Below, one piece after another: positions 17,564 through 28,600 of a DNA stretch of 64,000 bases. Source of the stretch: Candidatus Gottesmanbacteria bacterium (GTDB lineage Bacteria > Patescibacteriota > Microgenomatia > 2-02-FULL-39-11); contig JACPZE010000020.1 in NCBI GenBank assembly GCA_016195685.1, positions 21,725 through 85,724 of the forward strand, given 5' to 3'. Each line of letters begins with the position of its first letter. The first letter of the stretch is position 1. The position numbers and the translations under genes were made by a program. Under the pieces are notes generated by a model. It saw only the letters and a list, made by a program, of their open reading frames with translations. It had not been told where the DNA came from and made no database searches.

Positions 17564-19410
17564 TATTTGTTCAATCAGCCATATCAGCAATTGTTTTTTT
17601 CCTCTTGCCGGTTTTAATAGGTGGAGCATTTTTTATCTTGTACAGTAAAAAGACGGAATTACAGATTCCTGTGGTAACTTATTTTATAACAGGGGCTTTA
17701 TACTTATACGGGTGGGCACTTTTTACCAAGTATATTGTTTTATCAATTATTCCCCATTGGCAATTTCAAGCTATTTTTCGCTTGGAACTTATCATTTTCG
17801 GAGTAAGTGCAGTTTTAGTAAACATAGGTAATGAGATCGAAAGGTCGGTAGATTTTATTAAAACTCATATAAAAACAATATTATTTTTGGGTCTTTTAGC
17901 AGGGATAACTTACTTCATCTGGCACCTGAAAACTCCGTATCCTTTAAATTGGGATTTATATGAACACCAGATTTTGGCTAATTTGATCCAAAAAGGAACT
18001 TTCAGTTTCGTTACCTCCCAGATGTCCGATGCATTTACTTTCAACGGTTATTCGTCAATTTTTCAAACACTGATTGCGTCTTCACAGATGTTAGTACCCC
18101 AGATAAATATCATGCAATTCTGGGATTCCATAACATTTATTCATTTATTTTTATGTTTAATTGCTTCGTATTATTTAGCTTTGGTTGTAACTGATAATGA
18201 AGTAATTGCCGGATTTAGTGCAGTTATAGGAGTCTTAGTTTTTGAATCAAACGTGGCGTACACAACTCTATTTTTTATTCCGCAAAACTTAACAGCAGTA
18301 TTATCTATCCTTATTTTTATCCAAATTATTCTTGGTTTTAAACAGAATAGATCTATTCCTTTGCCGATTCTAATATTATCCTGTATTTTTCTATTTTTAA
18401 ATCATTATATTATAGGTACCGCATCCATTTTGCTTCTTGTTTGTGTATACCTTTATTACAAATATAACCTAAGGGTTCATATTTTCCGCTTATTATCCCT
18501 GGGACTTTTTATATTGATCATCTTGGGATTAATCGCCTCATTTGTATCTTTGGGATTTGTCAATAACGGTGAGGCGCAATTTTATAGCTTCGATATCCTT
18601 GACAAATTAAAATTTATGCAAAATGCTTACGGGTTTTCCTTACTTATGTTTTTGCCATTAGGTATTATTGCGTTGTTAAAAGGACATGATATTCATAAAA
18701 AATTAATTCTAATAATATCTATTTGTCTTCTGGGTTTAGTATTATTGAGGTTACCATATAGTCTTAAATTTTATGTATTGACTAGATTTTTTGTGCATGT
18801 GTTGATGGCTATAGGTATATGGAAAATTTTAGTTGCGATCAAAAACTCACTTCTTCGTGATTTAGCTGTAATTATTTTCTTTTTAACATTAATAGTTATT
18901 TTTATAACTAATAATGCGTATTTCAAAAGCATTCTGTTTTATAAAGATAGTTATATCCAGGTGTCCAAAAACGAAATTGATGCTTCAGGCTTTTTAAAAG
19001 AAAAATACTCAAATGAAAACGCTTTATTGATATCTGATCCGGCTACACAAAACATAATGGAAGCGTTATCTTCCGTAAATACTCCAGGAGGAGCCTATAT
19101 GAGTCCGTCTATGCGAAAGCAGTTAAGTTTACTTCATGGGTTGACTAACAGCATAGAGGTAAATCAAGTATTAAATACAATACATGATAATCTTGAACCT
19201 ATACCGAACAAAAGGATATTTGTATTAAGCGGTAGATATTTTTCATGGCAAGATTCTACCGAGGATGAAAAGCAAACTTACTTCTATAACATTTGGGATC
19301 CTACGGATCTATCTTTCTCTGATTTGAAATATATAGATTTATTACAATCCGATAGAAATTTTAATCTAGTATATCTAAATCCGGGAGTCGCTGTTCTAGA
19401 GGTGCGGTAG
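17560..19410 (+). CDS. Polytopic membrane protein, probable GT-C-fold glycosyltransferase
   Basis: Many TMs, NWDLYEH loop, soluble C-terminal domain with ISDP; followed by GT2 and GT4. Confidence 0.55.
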   Translation: MIFVQSAISAIVFFLLPVLIGGAFFILYSKKTELQIPVVTYFITGALYLYGWALFTKYIVLSIIPHWQFQAIFRLELIIFGVSAVLVNIGNEIERSVDFIKTHIKTILFLGLLAGITYFIWHLKTPYPLNWDLYEHQILANLIQKGTFSFVTSQMSDAFTFNGYSSIFQTLIASSQMLVPQINIMQFWDSITFIHLFLCLIASYYLALVVTDNEVIAGFSAVIGVLVFESNVAYTTLFFIPQNLTAVLSILIFIQIILGFKQNRSIPLPILILSCIFLFLNHYIIGTASILLLVCVYLYYKYNLRVHIFRLLSLGLFILIILGLIASFVSLGFVNNGEAQFYSFDILDKLKFMQNAYGFSLLMFLPLGIIALLKGHDIHKKLILIISICLLGLVLLRLPYSLKFYVLTRFFVHVLMAIGIWKILVAIKNSLLRDLAVIIFFLTLIVIFITNNAYFKSILFYKDSYIQVSKNEIDASGFLKEKYSNENALLISDPATQNIMEALSSVNTPGGAYMSPSMRKQLSLLHGLTNSIEVNQVLNTIHDNLEPIPNKRIFVLSGRYFSWQDSTEDEKQTYFYNIWDPTDLSFSDLKYIDLLQSDRNFNLVYLNPGVAVLEVR

Positions 19411-19465
19411 AAGTTGAAATAACCTATAGTTTATGATATAATCATGCTTTTAGAGCAACAAAATT

Positions 19466-20230
19466 ATGATAAATAATAAAACAATTTCGTTGGTCATACC
19501 TTGTAAAAATGAGGCGGAAGCCTTAAAGAATTTGTTGCCCAAAATCCCCAGATATATAGACGAAGTAATAGTAGTAGATAATCAATCTACAGACGACTCA
19601 ATAAAAGTTGCCAAGCGGTATAAAGCTAATGTCATCCGTGAGGCTAGACAAGTTGGAGGTGTAGGTTACGGATACGCAATACAATCAGGTATAAAATTTA
19701 CTCATGGTGATTATATAATTGTTATGGATGGAGATGATACTTATCCAATCGCGGAAGCTAAAAAAATAATAGAGCGTATGGTGCAAAATAAAATAGACTT
19801 TATTTCATGCAACCGCTTTCCACTTATCAATAAAAAAGCTATACCTAAGATACGTCAACTGGGCGTTTTAATACTTAATCTGGAAGTAACATTATTATAT
19901 GGTTATCCTATAAAGGATATTTTATCGGGAATGTGGATAACCGAAAAAGAGACAATAGAAAAAATAATACCCAGAAGTGGGGATTGGAATTTCTCTCCAG
20001 AGATAAAAATAAATGCCATTAATAATCCTATTATACGTTTTGGTGAATATCATATAGAACACTTTTATCGCATGAATGGTAAGAGTAAATTAAACATATG
20101 GAGAACTGGTTGGAGTCATTTGTGGTTCATTTTTAAAAAACGTATATTCAGTGGATATATTACAAATAACTTTAACTTTAACGCAATTAGACAAAATTTT
20201 TCCTATTCCATTAAACAATTTTTATTTTAA
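19466..20230 (+). CDS. GT2 glycosyltransferase (DPM-synthase-like)
   Basis: SLVIPCKNE, VVDNQSTD, MDGDDTY, DILSGM. Confidence 0.9.
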   Translation: MINNKTISLVIPCKNEAEALKNLLPKIPRYIDEVIVVDNQSTDDSIKVAKRYKANVIREARQVGGVGYGYAIQSGIKFTHGDYIIVMDGDDTYPIAEAKKIIERMVQNKIDFISCNRFPLINKKAIPKIRQLGVLILNLEVTLLYGYPIKDILSGMWITEKETIEKIIPRSGDWNFSPEIKINAINNPIIRFGEYHIEHFYRMNGKSKLNIWRTGWSHLWFIFKKRIFSGYITNNFNFNAIRQNFSYSIKQFLF

Positions 20231-20238
20231 GTATTAAC

Positions 20239-21468
20239 ATGCGGATTCTACTTATTACGCCATATTTTTATCCTCATATTGGTGGTAGCCAACAATATGC
20301 AATGGAATTATATAGGCATCTGATGTCATTAGACAAAAAAGTAAAAGTTGATGTCATCTGTTACAACAGCACTAATTCTCCCACAGAAGAAAATTACAAA
20401 GGATTTTCAATTTATAGAATTCCCTGTATTGACCTTCTTAATGGTCAATTCGCTATTCCAAATTATTTGGAACTATGGAGAATTATAAGAAAATTAACCA
20501 GGAGATATAAATATGATATTGTAAATTCCCATAGCCGTTTTTTTGAAAATTCTTGGTGGGTTCCATTACTAGCTAAACATCTTGACGCAAAAAGTATTTT
20601 GACTGATCATGCTAGTAGCAGACCAGTTCATAGATCACTAATGATTACTCGAATCTCCAGATTATTGGAGAGAATTACTGCTCCAATTATGAAACATTAT
20701 GATTTAGTAACAGTAACAAATAAAGCTACTTCTCAATACCTAAAGTCGTTAGGAGTGGAAAAGCCAAAACTCATTTATGGTGGTGTGGATACTGATTTTT
20801 TTAAGCCAAACAGCAAACAAAAATATAGAAGTATACCAAATATCACTGGTAAGCAATTCAAGAATAATGACCTTATTATAACTTTTTTAGGACGAATGAT
20901 TACTACAAAAGGACCGCAACTTTTATATGAAGTTGCTAGAAAATTAACTAAGTCAAATAAAAAATTGAATTTTATATTTGCAGGAAGCGGTGAGATGTAT
21001 CTTAAGTTAAAAAGAGTAAATACTAAACAAATATATTTTACCCATGCATTAAATATGAGTCAGGTTAGACAATTATTAGCAAAGACCGATATTTTTGTTA
21101 ATCCTTCTTACCATTTTGAAGGTTTCCCCAACGTATTACTTGAAGCTGGGGCTTCAGGGTGTGCCGTAATTGCTACCGATGTGGGAGGAGTAACTGAATT
21201 AATTATCAATAATAAAACTGGTTTAATTGTTAGACCAGAAAATAATTCAGTTAAGAAGGCCTTAGAAGCCCTTATCAAAAATAAAAAGAAAAGATTATTT
21301 TTGGGAAAAGAGCTAAGAAAAAAAATAGAGCAGAATTTCTCCTGGAAGAATATAGCACCGATTTACCTAAATGTTTTAAATAAATTGATTCATACTAATA
21401 AAACTTATACACTACCAAGTAAAGATAGCCTGTCAATTTATAACCAGAGATTATCCCTTCTAGATTAA
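20239..21468 (+). CDS. GT4 glycosyltransferase
   Basis: FYPHIGG, GVDTDFF, EGFPNVLLEA, ATDVGG. Confidence 0.9.
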   Translation: MRILLITPYFYPHIGGSQQYAMELYRHLMSLDKKVKVDVICYNSTNSPTEENYKGFSIYRIPCIDLLNGQFAIPNYLELWRIIRKLTRRYKYDIVNSHSRFFENSWWVPLLAKHLDAKSILTDHASSRPVHRSLMITRISRLLERITAPIMKHYDLVTVTNKATSQYLKSLGVEKPKLIYGGVDTDFFKPNSKQKYRSIPNITGKQFKNNDLIITFLGRMITTKGPQLLYEVARKLTKSNKKLNFIFAGSGEMYLKLKRVNTKQIYFTHALNMSQVRQLLAKTDIFVNPSYHFEGFPNVLLEAGASGCAVIATDVGGVTELIINNKTGLIVRPENNSVKKALEALIKNKKKRLFLGKELRKKIEQNFSWKNIAPIYLNVLNKLIHTNKTYTLPSKDSLSIYNQRLSLLD

Positions 21469-21560
21469 TTTAATATAAACCCTATTGCTTTTAAATTTTC
21501 ACAACCCAACTTAGCTCAAGGTTCACTTTTTCTTCCATTTCTCCTATACTAGCCTTATCG

Positions 21561-22937
21561 ATGGGAAATATTAAAAAGCTTCTTATCTACCTTTCTATTT
21601 TAATTTTTGGGGGTATTATAGCGTTTGTATCGGCTCCATATCTTCGCCAGTTTCTCTCATCCTCCGGGTTCATACAGGAAAAAGTACTGGTTGCAGGGAC
21701 GGGATCCATGTATCCTACTTTCCCTAAAGGCGAAGGGAAGACGGACGTCTTGAGGGCATCTGAAATTGTCGCATTACCAAAGATGAGGCATTTCCCCTCG
21801 GGTATAACTTTAAACGGATTTAATTTATTCTCATACAATCTGGAGCATGGGGATATCGTCGATTTTGAAAATGTTAAGACAAAAGAAATCACCAGGCAAA
21901 AATATGGTGATGAAGCAGGATTTGTAAAAAGAATTATTGGTCTTCCAGGTGACAGTATTACATTACGCGATGGTTTTGTCATTGTAAACGGCCAAAATTT
22001 GGATGAACCTTATACCGCTAAACCCAGGTCGACGTATGGGGGTGATTTTTTGCCAGATTGTCAAAATATATTAGTTCCACAAGGAAAAATTTTTGTGATG
22101 GGGGATAACCGCAAGGCAAGTCTGGACAGCCGATTTGAATTGGGATTTGTGGATATAAAAAGTATAAAATTTGTCATGCCGGTAGGCGAACAAGGTGATT
22201 ATCGGAAATCATTTCGGGATACGAAAGAAGATAATTCTCTTGCTAATACGGCTACTCTTGACCCAACGGAATTCGTAAAATTACTAAATGAAAAAAGAAA
22301 AGAGAAAAATCTTCCGCCCTTTAAACTCAGTCCTATTCTTTCACTCTCGGGGAAAAGAAGGGGAAATGTGATGATATCAACCAATGATTTTTCTACAGAA
22401 GCAACCAAAAGCGGTGTAACTTTGGAGAAAGCTTTAAAAGAAACTGGGTACAGTAATATAATTTTTGCGGAAATATTCACAAGGGGATATTATGAAGCAA
22501 TAGAACTTTTGGATAACTTTTTGGAATTTCCACAGACAAAAAATATTCTATTTTCCAGTCAGTACCAAGAAATAGGTCTGGCTCCGGTTTTGGGCGAAAT
22601 CAATAACTGTCCGACTCAAGTAGTAGTAGTCCATCTGGGCGGTTATGTGCCGCCCAATTACAAACCGGAGGATATACAGAGCTGGAAGAAACTTATGGAT
22701 AATTTAAATCAGGCTATACCTTCATGGGAGCAACTTCAAAATAACAGTAACGTGGATCAGTCAAAATTAAATCAGTTATTAAATATTCTAAGGATTAGAA
22801 AGGATACGGCGAATAAAATTTATAAAAGGATGAATGCAAACCTGTGGTTATCTGATGAAGAAGAAAAGTTGGTGGCACAAGATAAACAACTGGCAGAAGA
22901 TGCAAATTCAATTGTGGATCAACTGTCTAAGAAATGA
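21561..22937 (+). CDS. lepB: Signal peptidase I fused to degenerate CAP/SCP domain
   Basis: GSMYPT, FVKRIIGLPGD, GDNRKASLDSR; then LLNEKR...LPPFK...QYQEIGLA CAP-like region and helical tail. Confidence 0.75.
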   Translation: MGNIKKLLIYLSILIFGGIIAFVSAPYLRQFLSSSGFIQEKVLVAGTGSMYPTFPKGEGKTDVLRASEIVALPKMRHFPSGITLNGFNLFSYNLEHGDIVDFENVKTKEITRQKYGDEAGFVKRIIGLPGDSITLRDGFVIVNGQNLDEPYTAKPRSTYGGDFLPDCQNILVPQGKIFVMGDNRKASLDSRFELGFVDIKSIKFVMPVGEQGDYRKSFRDTKEDNSLANTATLDPTEFVKLLNEKRKEKNLPPFKLSPILSLSGKRRGNVMISTNDFSTEATKSGVTLEKALKETGYSNIIFAEIFTRGYYEAIELLDNFLEFPQTKNILFSSQYQEIGLAPVLGEINNCPTQVVVVHLGGYVPPNYKPEDIQSWKKLMDNLNQAIPSWEQLQNNSNVDQSKLNQLLNILRIRKDTANKIYKRMNANLWLSDEEEKLVAQDKQLAEDANSIVDQLSKK

Positions 22938-24955
22938 CTAAAATAAAACTCCTGTATAAAATATTGCCTATTTTCTTTATTGCCTCAATTGTAATTGCTT
23001 TATTTGGAAAAAGTCTCATTCCCGCGAAGGGATATATCTTATACGGCGGTGACTTAAATGACCAGTTTTACTATTGGAAATCTTATTATGTACAAAATTT
23101 AAAGCAGGGTATTTTCCCATTTTGGAATCCGTATTCTTTCTCTGGTACTCCTTTTTTGGCTCATCCGTCTACATCTGCCTTTTATCCATTTAATATTATA
23201 TTTTTCATTTTACCCTTCAATACGACATTTTCAGTCTATCTTTTTATCCATATTGTCATGGCAGGGACATTTATGTATTTATTGTGCAAAAAATATGCGG
23301 ATACTTTGTCTTCCCTGGCCGGGGCAATTACTTTTAGTTTATCTGGACTTATGGCGGCCAGAATATATTCCGGACATATAGATATCATTTCTACTCTAGT
23401 ATGGATACCGGCTGTTTTTTGGGCAATGACAAACACATTAGATTCTAAAAATAAAAAATATGTCTTACTTTCGATTTTATTTTTAACTCTTCAGATATTA
23501 GCCGGGTACCAAGCTGTTGTAATTTTTACACTCGAATTTATTTTTATTTATCAGTCAGTTTCTGCAATTTTTGATTATTATAAAAAAATATCTTTATCAA
23601 CAATTACTAAAAAGTTTTTAAAAACAATTTTTATTGTATTAATTTCCTATGGTATATCTGCTATTCAACTTCTACCGACCATGGAATTTGTCCGAAGTTC
23701 GATCAGAGGACAGGGATTACCTTATGAAATGCTTGCCTGGGGATCTTATACCAAGGATTTATTTGGTACTTTTATAAACCCATTTATCTACGGAAACCCA
23801 TTCCCACAAAATTATACTTATAACGGTCCGGGACCGAATTTTTTTGAGCTTTCATACTTCGCTGGAGTTATTCCGCTTTTTATATTTTTATTATTTATCA
23901 TTTACCATCTATATTATTTTATTCGAAAAAGAAAAGTTAAGAAAATATTCTTGGCGCTTATTTTACCGGTACTGTTTTTTTCACTTACTGCCATGGGAAA
24001 TAATTTTCCCATCCATAAGTTCCTTTATCAAATGTTTCCTCCATACAGATTATTCCGCTTCCCATCTCAACATTTGATGATGGTGGTATTTATCATTTCG
24101 CTCACAACAGGAATATTCCTGGGAATATTTAAAAATAAACTTATGAAATTAGTAATTTTATTACTCATAACTCTCGAATTATTCATCTATGATAAGCAAT
24201 TTATCACAACCTCTAAAATTCCCACCGATAATTTTGATCAAAATTTGACCTCAATATTAGAAAAAGATACCCAATTAATCAGACTTTTACCAGATTATTC
24301 GGTAGTTTCACAGGTGAGGAAAGATTGGGATTTTGAGTCGTCGATGTATTATAAAATACAATCGACCAGCGGTTACAATCCGATTTTACTTAATTCTTAT
24401 TATCACTTTATAGATCTTATCAATAAGAAAAATACATCTTCTGTAGCACAATTCAATGTAGAAATTCCACCACCTGACCCAGCTTCAAAAGATATAGATT
24501 TTTTAAATATAAAATACGTCTTGACTAATAAGAATTACGATATGATTTATGGTAAATCTTTGAGTAAATATGCGTTAAAATTAGAAGGAAATAATTACAG
24601 ATTGTATGAGAATAAAGATTTTTTACCCAGATTTTTTCTAGATTGTTCTGGAAGAGACGCAAAAGATGTAGAAGTGGTAGATTACCAAATAAATAACATA
24701 AAGTTAAAAACGAGTTCGAATTGTGATGGAATTTTGTCTTCCAGCGAAGTATATTATCCGGGTTGGAAAGCAACTATTGATAATAATGAAACCCCAATTT
24801 ACAAAAGTAATACAGCTTTCCGGTCTATATTTTTACCAAAAGGGGAACATGATGTTATTTTCTATTACCAACCGACTATTTATTATCTTGGAGGTTTCAT
24901 AACGTTATTAACTTTAGTTTCTTTATTTATAATCATTAGAAAATACTATGAATAG
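22934..24955 (+). CDS. YfhO-family membrane glycosyltransferase (GT-C)
   Basis: PFWNPYSFSGTPF, YYPGWKATID, LPKGEHDV. Confidence 0.8.
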   Translation: MTKIKLLYKILPIFFIASIVIALFGKSLIPAKGYILYGGDLNDQFYYWKSYYVQNLKQGIFPFWNPYSFSGTPFLAHPSTSAFYPFNIIFFILPFNTTFSVYLFIHIVMAGTFMYLLCKKYADTLSSLAGAITFSLSGLMAARIYSGHIDIISTLVWIPAVFWAMTNTLDSKNKKYVLLSILFLTLQILAGYQAVVIFTLEFIFIYQSVSAIFDYYKKISLSTITKKFLKTIFIVLISYGISAIQLLPTMEFVRSSIRGQGLPYEMLAWGSYTKDLFGTFINPFIYGNPFPQNYTYNGPGPNFFELSYFAGVIPLFIFLLFIIYHLYYFIRKRKVKKIFLALILPVLFFSLTAMGNNFPIHKFLYQMFPPYRLFRFPSQHLMMVVFIISLTTGIFLGIFKNKLMKLVILLLITLELFIYDKQFITTSKIPTDNFDQNLTSILEKDTQLIRLLPDYSVVSQVRKDWDFESSMYYKIQSTSGYNPILLNSYYHFIDLINKKNTSSVAQFNVEIPPPDPASKDIDFLNIKYVLTNKNYDMIYGKSLSKYALKLEGNNYRLYENKDFLPRFFLDCSGRDAKDVEVVDYQINNIKLKTSSNCDGILSSSEVYYPGWKATIDNNETPIYKSNTAFRSIFLPKGEHDVIFYYQPTIYYLGGFITLLTLVSLFIIIRKYYE

Positions 24956-26573
24956 TAGATATAAAATATTGCTTGGGGTAATACTTACAATTTTTTATTT
25001 AATCTTCCATATTTTCATCATGAACGACTACGGAATTTCATGGGATTTTCACTATCATAATTTTGCAGGATTATACCATCTGGGACAGAAGGTCCCGTCG
25101 ATCGATGATTCCTATTCGATCCCTTTTACTCCTCCTGATCCAAGACTGACTACACTTGATCCTTTTGGGCCCTTTACTCAAATTATCCCTACCTTATCTT
25201 ATTTAATTTTTTATGACCTGCCTGCGCAGGTAGGAAAATTGCCTATCTTGCCTTTTGACAGTGCTTATAATTTACCATCAGTAGTCTTGGGTAGTTTGGG
25301 TATATTGGTTCTTTTTCTTTTTTTGTATGAGGCTATAAATTTTCCTTTGGCTATTTTTTCTTCAGTTTTTCTAGCCTTACTCCCGACACATTTTGGTTAC
25401 CTGCACGATAACATGAAAGACGTGCCGAATGCGTTTGTATTTACTTTATCGGTTTATCTTTTCTGGCGACTTACTAAGCATAAACGATTGCGCGATTTAA
25501 TTTGGGCGATTTTAGCATTTGCCTTTGCTTTTAACGTGAAAATAAATTCCGTAATGATTCCCGTGGTATGCTTAGTTTGGTTTTTATTTAAAGAGAGAAA
25601 GACAATAATTACTGTCATCCCGAATTTATTTCGGAATCTGAGGGGAGCGATGAAGCGTATCCAGAAAGATTATGGATTGGTCATTTTATATTTTATATTA
25701 TCTCCCATTGCGGCACTTTTAATATGGTGGCCTTTTTGGAAAGATCCAATCGGTAAATTATTGGAGCTGCCGTATTTTTATTCTCACAATACTCTGAATA
25801 TGCCTGTATTATTGGATGGAGTAATCTATCATTCAGGCGTGAATATTCCCTGGTTTTATCCCTGGGTATACATATTTATCACAACTCCATTGGGAGTATT
25901 AACTGCATTTTTAATGGGGATTATCATTTCCATCACTAAAATCTTTAAAAAAAATGGTATTTATGCGCTACTTATTATTTGGTTACTAATTCCACTGATG
26001 CGATACTTCAGTCCTAAAGTCTCGGCAATCGACGGTATGCGTCATTTTATGGAAGTGGTTTATCCTCTTTGTGCTTTAGCGGGCGTAGGATTTTACTTTA
26101 TTTATGAAACTCTGGACAAGCTTACAAAAAGTAAAAAAACGGGAAGGATTATTTTCGGATTCTTGCTAATTACTCTAGTATACAATTTAGTGAAATTTCA
26201 CCCTTATCAGACAAGTTTCTATAATGCCGCAATTGGTGGAGTAAAAGGTGCAAATGGAAAATTTGATATAGACTTTTGGGGTGCACCACAAAAGGATGCA
26301 ATTGTTTGGTTAAATAAAAATGCAGAAATAAATTCTTATATAAATGTGGTTATGGCTCAAAGTTCCGCCGCGATGTATGCTCGAACGGATTTTCAAAGTA
26401 AAATCAATGAAAAAGATTGGGAAAATAGCGATTACACTGTGATTCTAAACAAAAAATCATTTTTCGAAGTTTATCCGATACAAAAATACTTATCCAAGAG
26501 TCTTTCGGAGAATAAATTGGTTTACGAAAGAACTATTGATGGTGTACCTCTTTTTTGGGTGATCAAAAATTAA
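24948..26573 (+). CDS. GT-C glycosyltransferase (PMT/ArnT-like)
   Basis: YGISWD, NMKDVP, DGMRH, DFWG; many TMs. Confidence 0.75.
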   Translation: MNSRYKILLGVILTIFYLIFHIFIMNDYGISWDFHYHNFAGLYHLGQKVPSIDDSYSIPFTPPDPRLTTLDPFGPFTQIIPTLSYLIFYDLPAQVGKLPILPFDSAYNLPSVVLGSLGILVLFLFLYEAINFPLAIFSSVFLALLPTHFGYLHDNMKDVPNAFVFTLSVYLFWRLTKHKRLRDLIWAILAFAFAFNVKINSVMIPVVCLVWFLFKERKTIITVIPNLFRNLRGAMKRIQKDYGLVILYFILSPIAALLIWWPFWKDPIGKLLELPYFYSHNTLNMPVLLDGVIYHSGVNIPWFYPWVYIFITTPLGVLTAFLMGIIISITKIFKKNGIYALLIIWLLIPLMRYFSPKVSAIDGMRHFMEVVYPLCALAGVGFYFIYETLDKLTKSKKTGRIIFGFLLITLVYNLVKFHPYQTSFYNAAIGGVKGANGKFDIDFWGAPQKDAIVWLNKNAEINSYINVVMAQSSAAMYARTDFQSKINEKDWENSDYTVILNKKSFFEVYPIQKYLSKSLSENKLVYERTIDGVPLFWVIKN

Positions 26574-27273
26574 AAACGATCGATAACATAAAACGGAAAT
26601 AATCCACAAGTGTTTTAAAAGAGCTTATTTTACTTTTTCCCCAGATTCGGTAGTGATAAGTGATGGGTATTTCTGCAATATTAAATCCATAACGGTTTGC
26701 ATACAAAATAAATTCCATATATGAAGGATAACCATCGTATTTGAGATTCAATCTTACTTTTTCTGCTACCTCTTTTTTCATAAATCTATAGCCTGAGCTG
26801 ATGTCTTTCACTTTTATCCCCATAATTTGAGTGACAATTTTGTTGGTTAATCGGCTGGCAATTATCTTCCATACTCTTTTTTCATCAAATCTGCCGCCTT
26901 TTATAAATCTTGATCCTATAATCAAATCAGCATAATTTTTTTTCATCATTTGAATAAATCTAGAAAGGTCAATGATATCGTGGTTTAAATCGGCGTCCAT
27001 AGTGAGGATATGCGTGGCTGTTTTATCCAGATATTGGTATCCGACTTTATATGCTTTTCCGATTCCAAGGGGCTTCTCATAATAAATATAATCAAGATAG
27101 GGTTTAGTTTTCTTGAGTTTGGCAAGAAGTTCCCTGCTTCCATCATTTCCTTGCAAGACGAAAAATATTTTAAACACGATTTTTTGCTTTTTGAACTCTT
27201 TCTCAATTTTGCTGATCAGATCATTGAGATTCCCTTTTTCATTGTAAGCTGGTATCAGCACAAAAATTTTCAT
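26563..27273 (-). CDS. GT2 polyprenol-phosphate glycosyltransferase
   Basis: IPAYNE, MDADLNH, IIGSRF, DISSGYR. Confidence 0.9.
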   Translation of the reverse strand: MKIFVLIPAYNEKGNLNDLISKIEKEFKKQKIVFKIFFVLQGNDGSRELLAKLKKTKPYLDYIYYEKPLGIGKAYKVGYQYLDKTATHILTMDADLNHDIIDLSRFIQMMKKNYADLIIGSRFIKGGRFDEKRVWKIIASRLTNKIVTQIMGIKVKDISSGYRFMKKEVAEKVRLNLKYDGYPSYMEFILYANRYGFNIAEIPITYHYRIWGKSKISSFKTLVDYFRFMLSIVFNF

Positions 27274-27397
27274 AATAGGTTCACAAGTTGGTAAAAGATA
27301 AGTATACTAATTTTATAACAGAACTTACAGTGTCTGGATTAGATAAATAAGTAAATTTTTGATAAAATAGATATATAATTTCCTCTTTTACTTATTT

Positions 27398-28600
27398 ATG
27401 AATATAGCCTTTATCTCCTATTGGTCCTGCCCATTGACTCGTCTGGGTGTGCTTTCTTCTGGTGGAATGAATGTCTATGTTTTAAATCTTGCCAATAACT
27501 TAGGTACGCTGGGCCATACTGTAGATATTTATACCCATTCGCATCATGAAAACGATGAAAAAATACTGCAAATACACAAAAATGTAAGAATAATTCACTT
27601 TTCCGTTCACACAATAGATCATTACCAAGGTGTAGAATCATTTGCGAATAAAATGCTTGATTTTATGGGAAAAAATTCTTTGCAATATGATCTTTTGCAC
27701 AGTCACTATTTCTACTCCAGTTTGGTAGGACAAATTATAAAAAAAAGTTTGCACATTCCCCTTTTTACTACATTTCACGCATTAGGAATAACGAAAGAAC
27801 TTTATGGCGGGATAAGCGATAAGTTAAGAATCCAAAGTGAAAAGAATATTGTCAACTTCAGTGACGGCATCATTTCTTCTGTGGAATTGGAAAAAAAGGA
27901 ACTCGTCGATAAGTATAAGGCAGATGCCCAAAAAATTTTCGTGGTTGCCCCAGGAGTAAATCATCATGTATTTAAAAAAATTGACAGAAAAAAAGCCAGA
28001 ATGAAAATAGGTATAACAAGTGACGAAAAAATTATTCTTTTTGTAGGAAGGATCGATCCGATCAAGGGAATATCTATCCTTATAAATGCAGTATCAAAAC
28101 TTTCTAAGAAATTCACAGATTTTAAAGATAATTTCAAAGTTCTTTTAATAGGCGGAGACATAGAAAGTAGAACATTTTGGAGAAATCCTGAAGTTATAAA
28201 AATTCAGACTCTCATTGAGCGCTTAGATCTTGCTTGTTGTATAAAGTTTATAGGGAATAGGCCCCATAATGTATTACCATATTATTATAGTGCAAGTGAT
28301 ATAGTAATCATGCCATCCCGCTATGAATCATTTGGGTTGGTTGTATTAGAGGCAATGGCAAGCGGGACCGCGGTTATTGCATCAAAAGTTGGAGGTCTAT
28401 CTTACCTTATAAAAGATAAGGTAAGCGGCCGATTTTTCCGAAGCGGTGATGTAGAAAATCTAGGTGAGGTCATTTGGGAACTGCTCAATGATGATAAACA
28501 AAGAGACAACTTAGGTAAGAAAGCAATAATAGAAAGTCAAAAATATTGCTGGGATTTGCAGGCTGAAAAAATTATTGGATTCTATAAAAAATATTTATGA
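27398..28600 (+). CDS. GT4 glycosyltransferase, MshA-like
   Basis: GGMNVYV, HSHYFYS, VGRIDPIKG, ESFGLVVLEA. Confidence 0.85.
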   Translation: MNIAFISYWSCPLTRLGVLSSGGMNVYVLNLANNLGTLGHTVDIYTHSHHENDEKILQIHKNVRIIHFSVHTIDHYQGVESFANKMLDFMGKNSLQYDLLHSHYFYSSLVGQIIKKSLHIPLFTTFHALGITKELYGGISDKLRIQSEKNIVNFSDGIISSVELEKKELVDKYKADAQKIFVVAPGVNHHVFKKIDRKKARMKIGITSDEKIILFVGRIDPIKGISILINAVSKLSKKFTDFKDNFKVLLIGGDIESRTFWRNPEVIKIQTLIERLDLACCIKFIGNRPHNVLPYYYSASDIVIMPSRYESFGLVVLEAMASGTAVIASKVGGLSYLIKDKVSGRFFRSGDVENLGEVIWELLNDDKQRDNLGKKAIIESQKYCWDLQAEKIIGFYKKYL

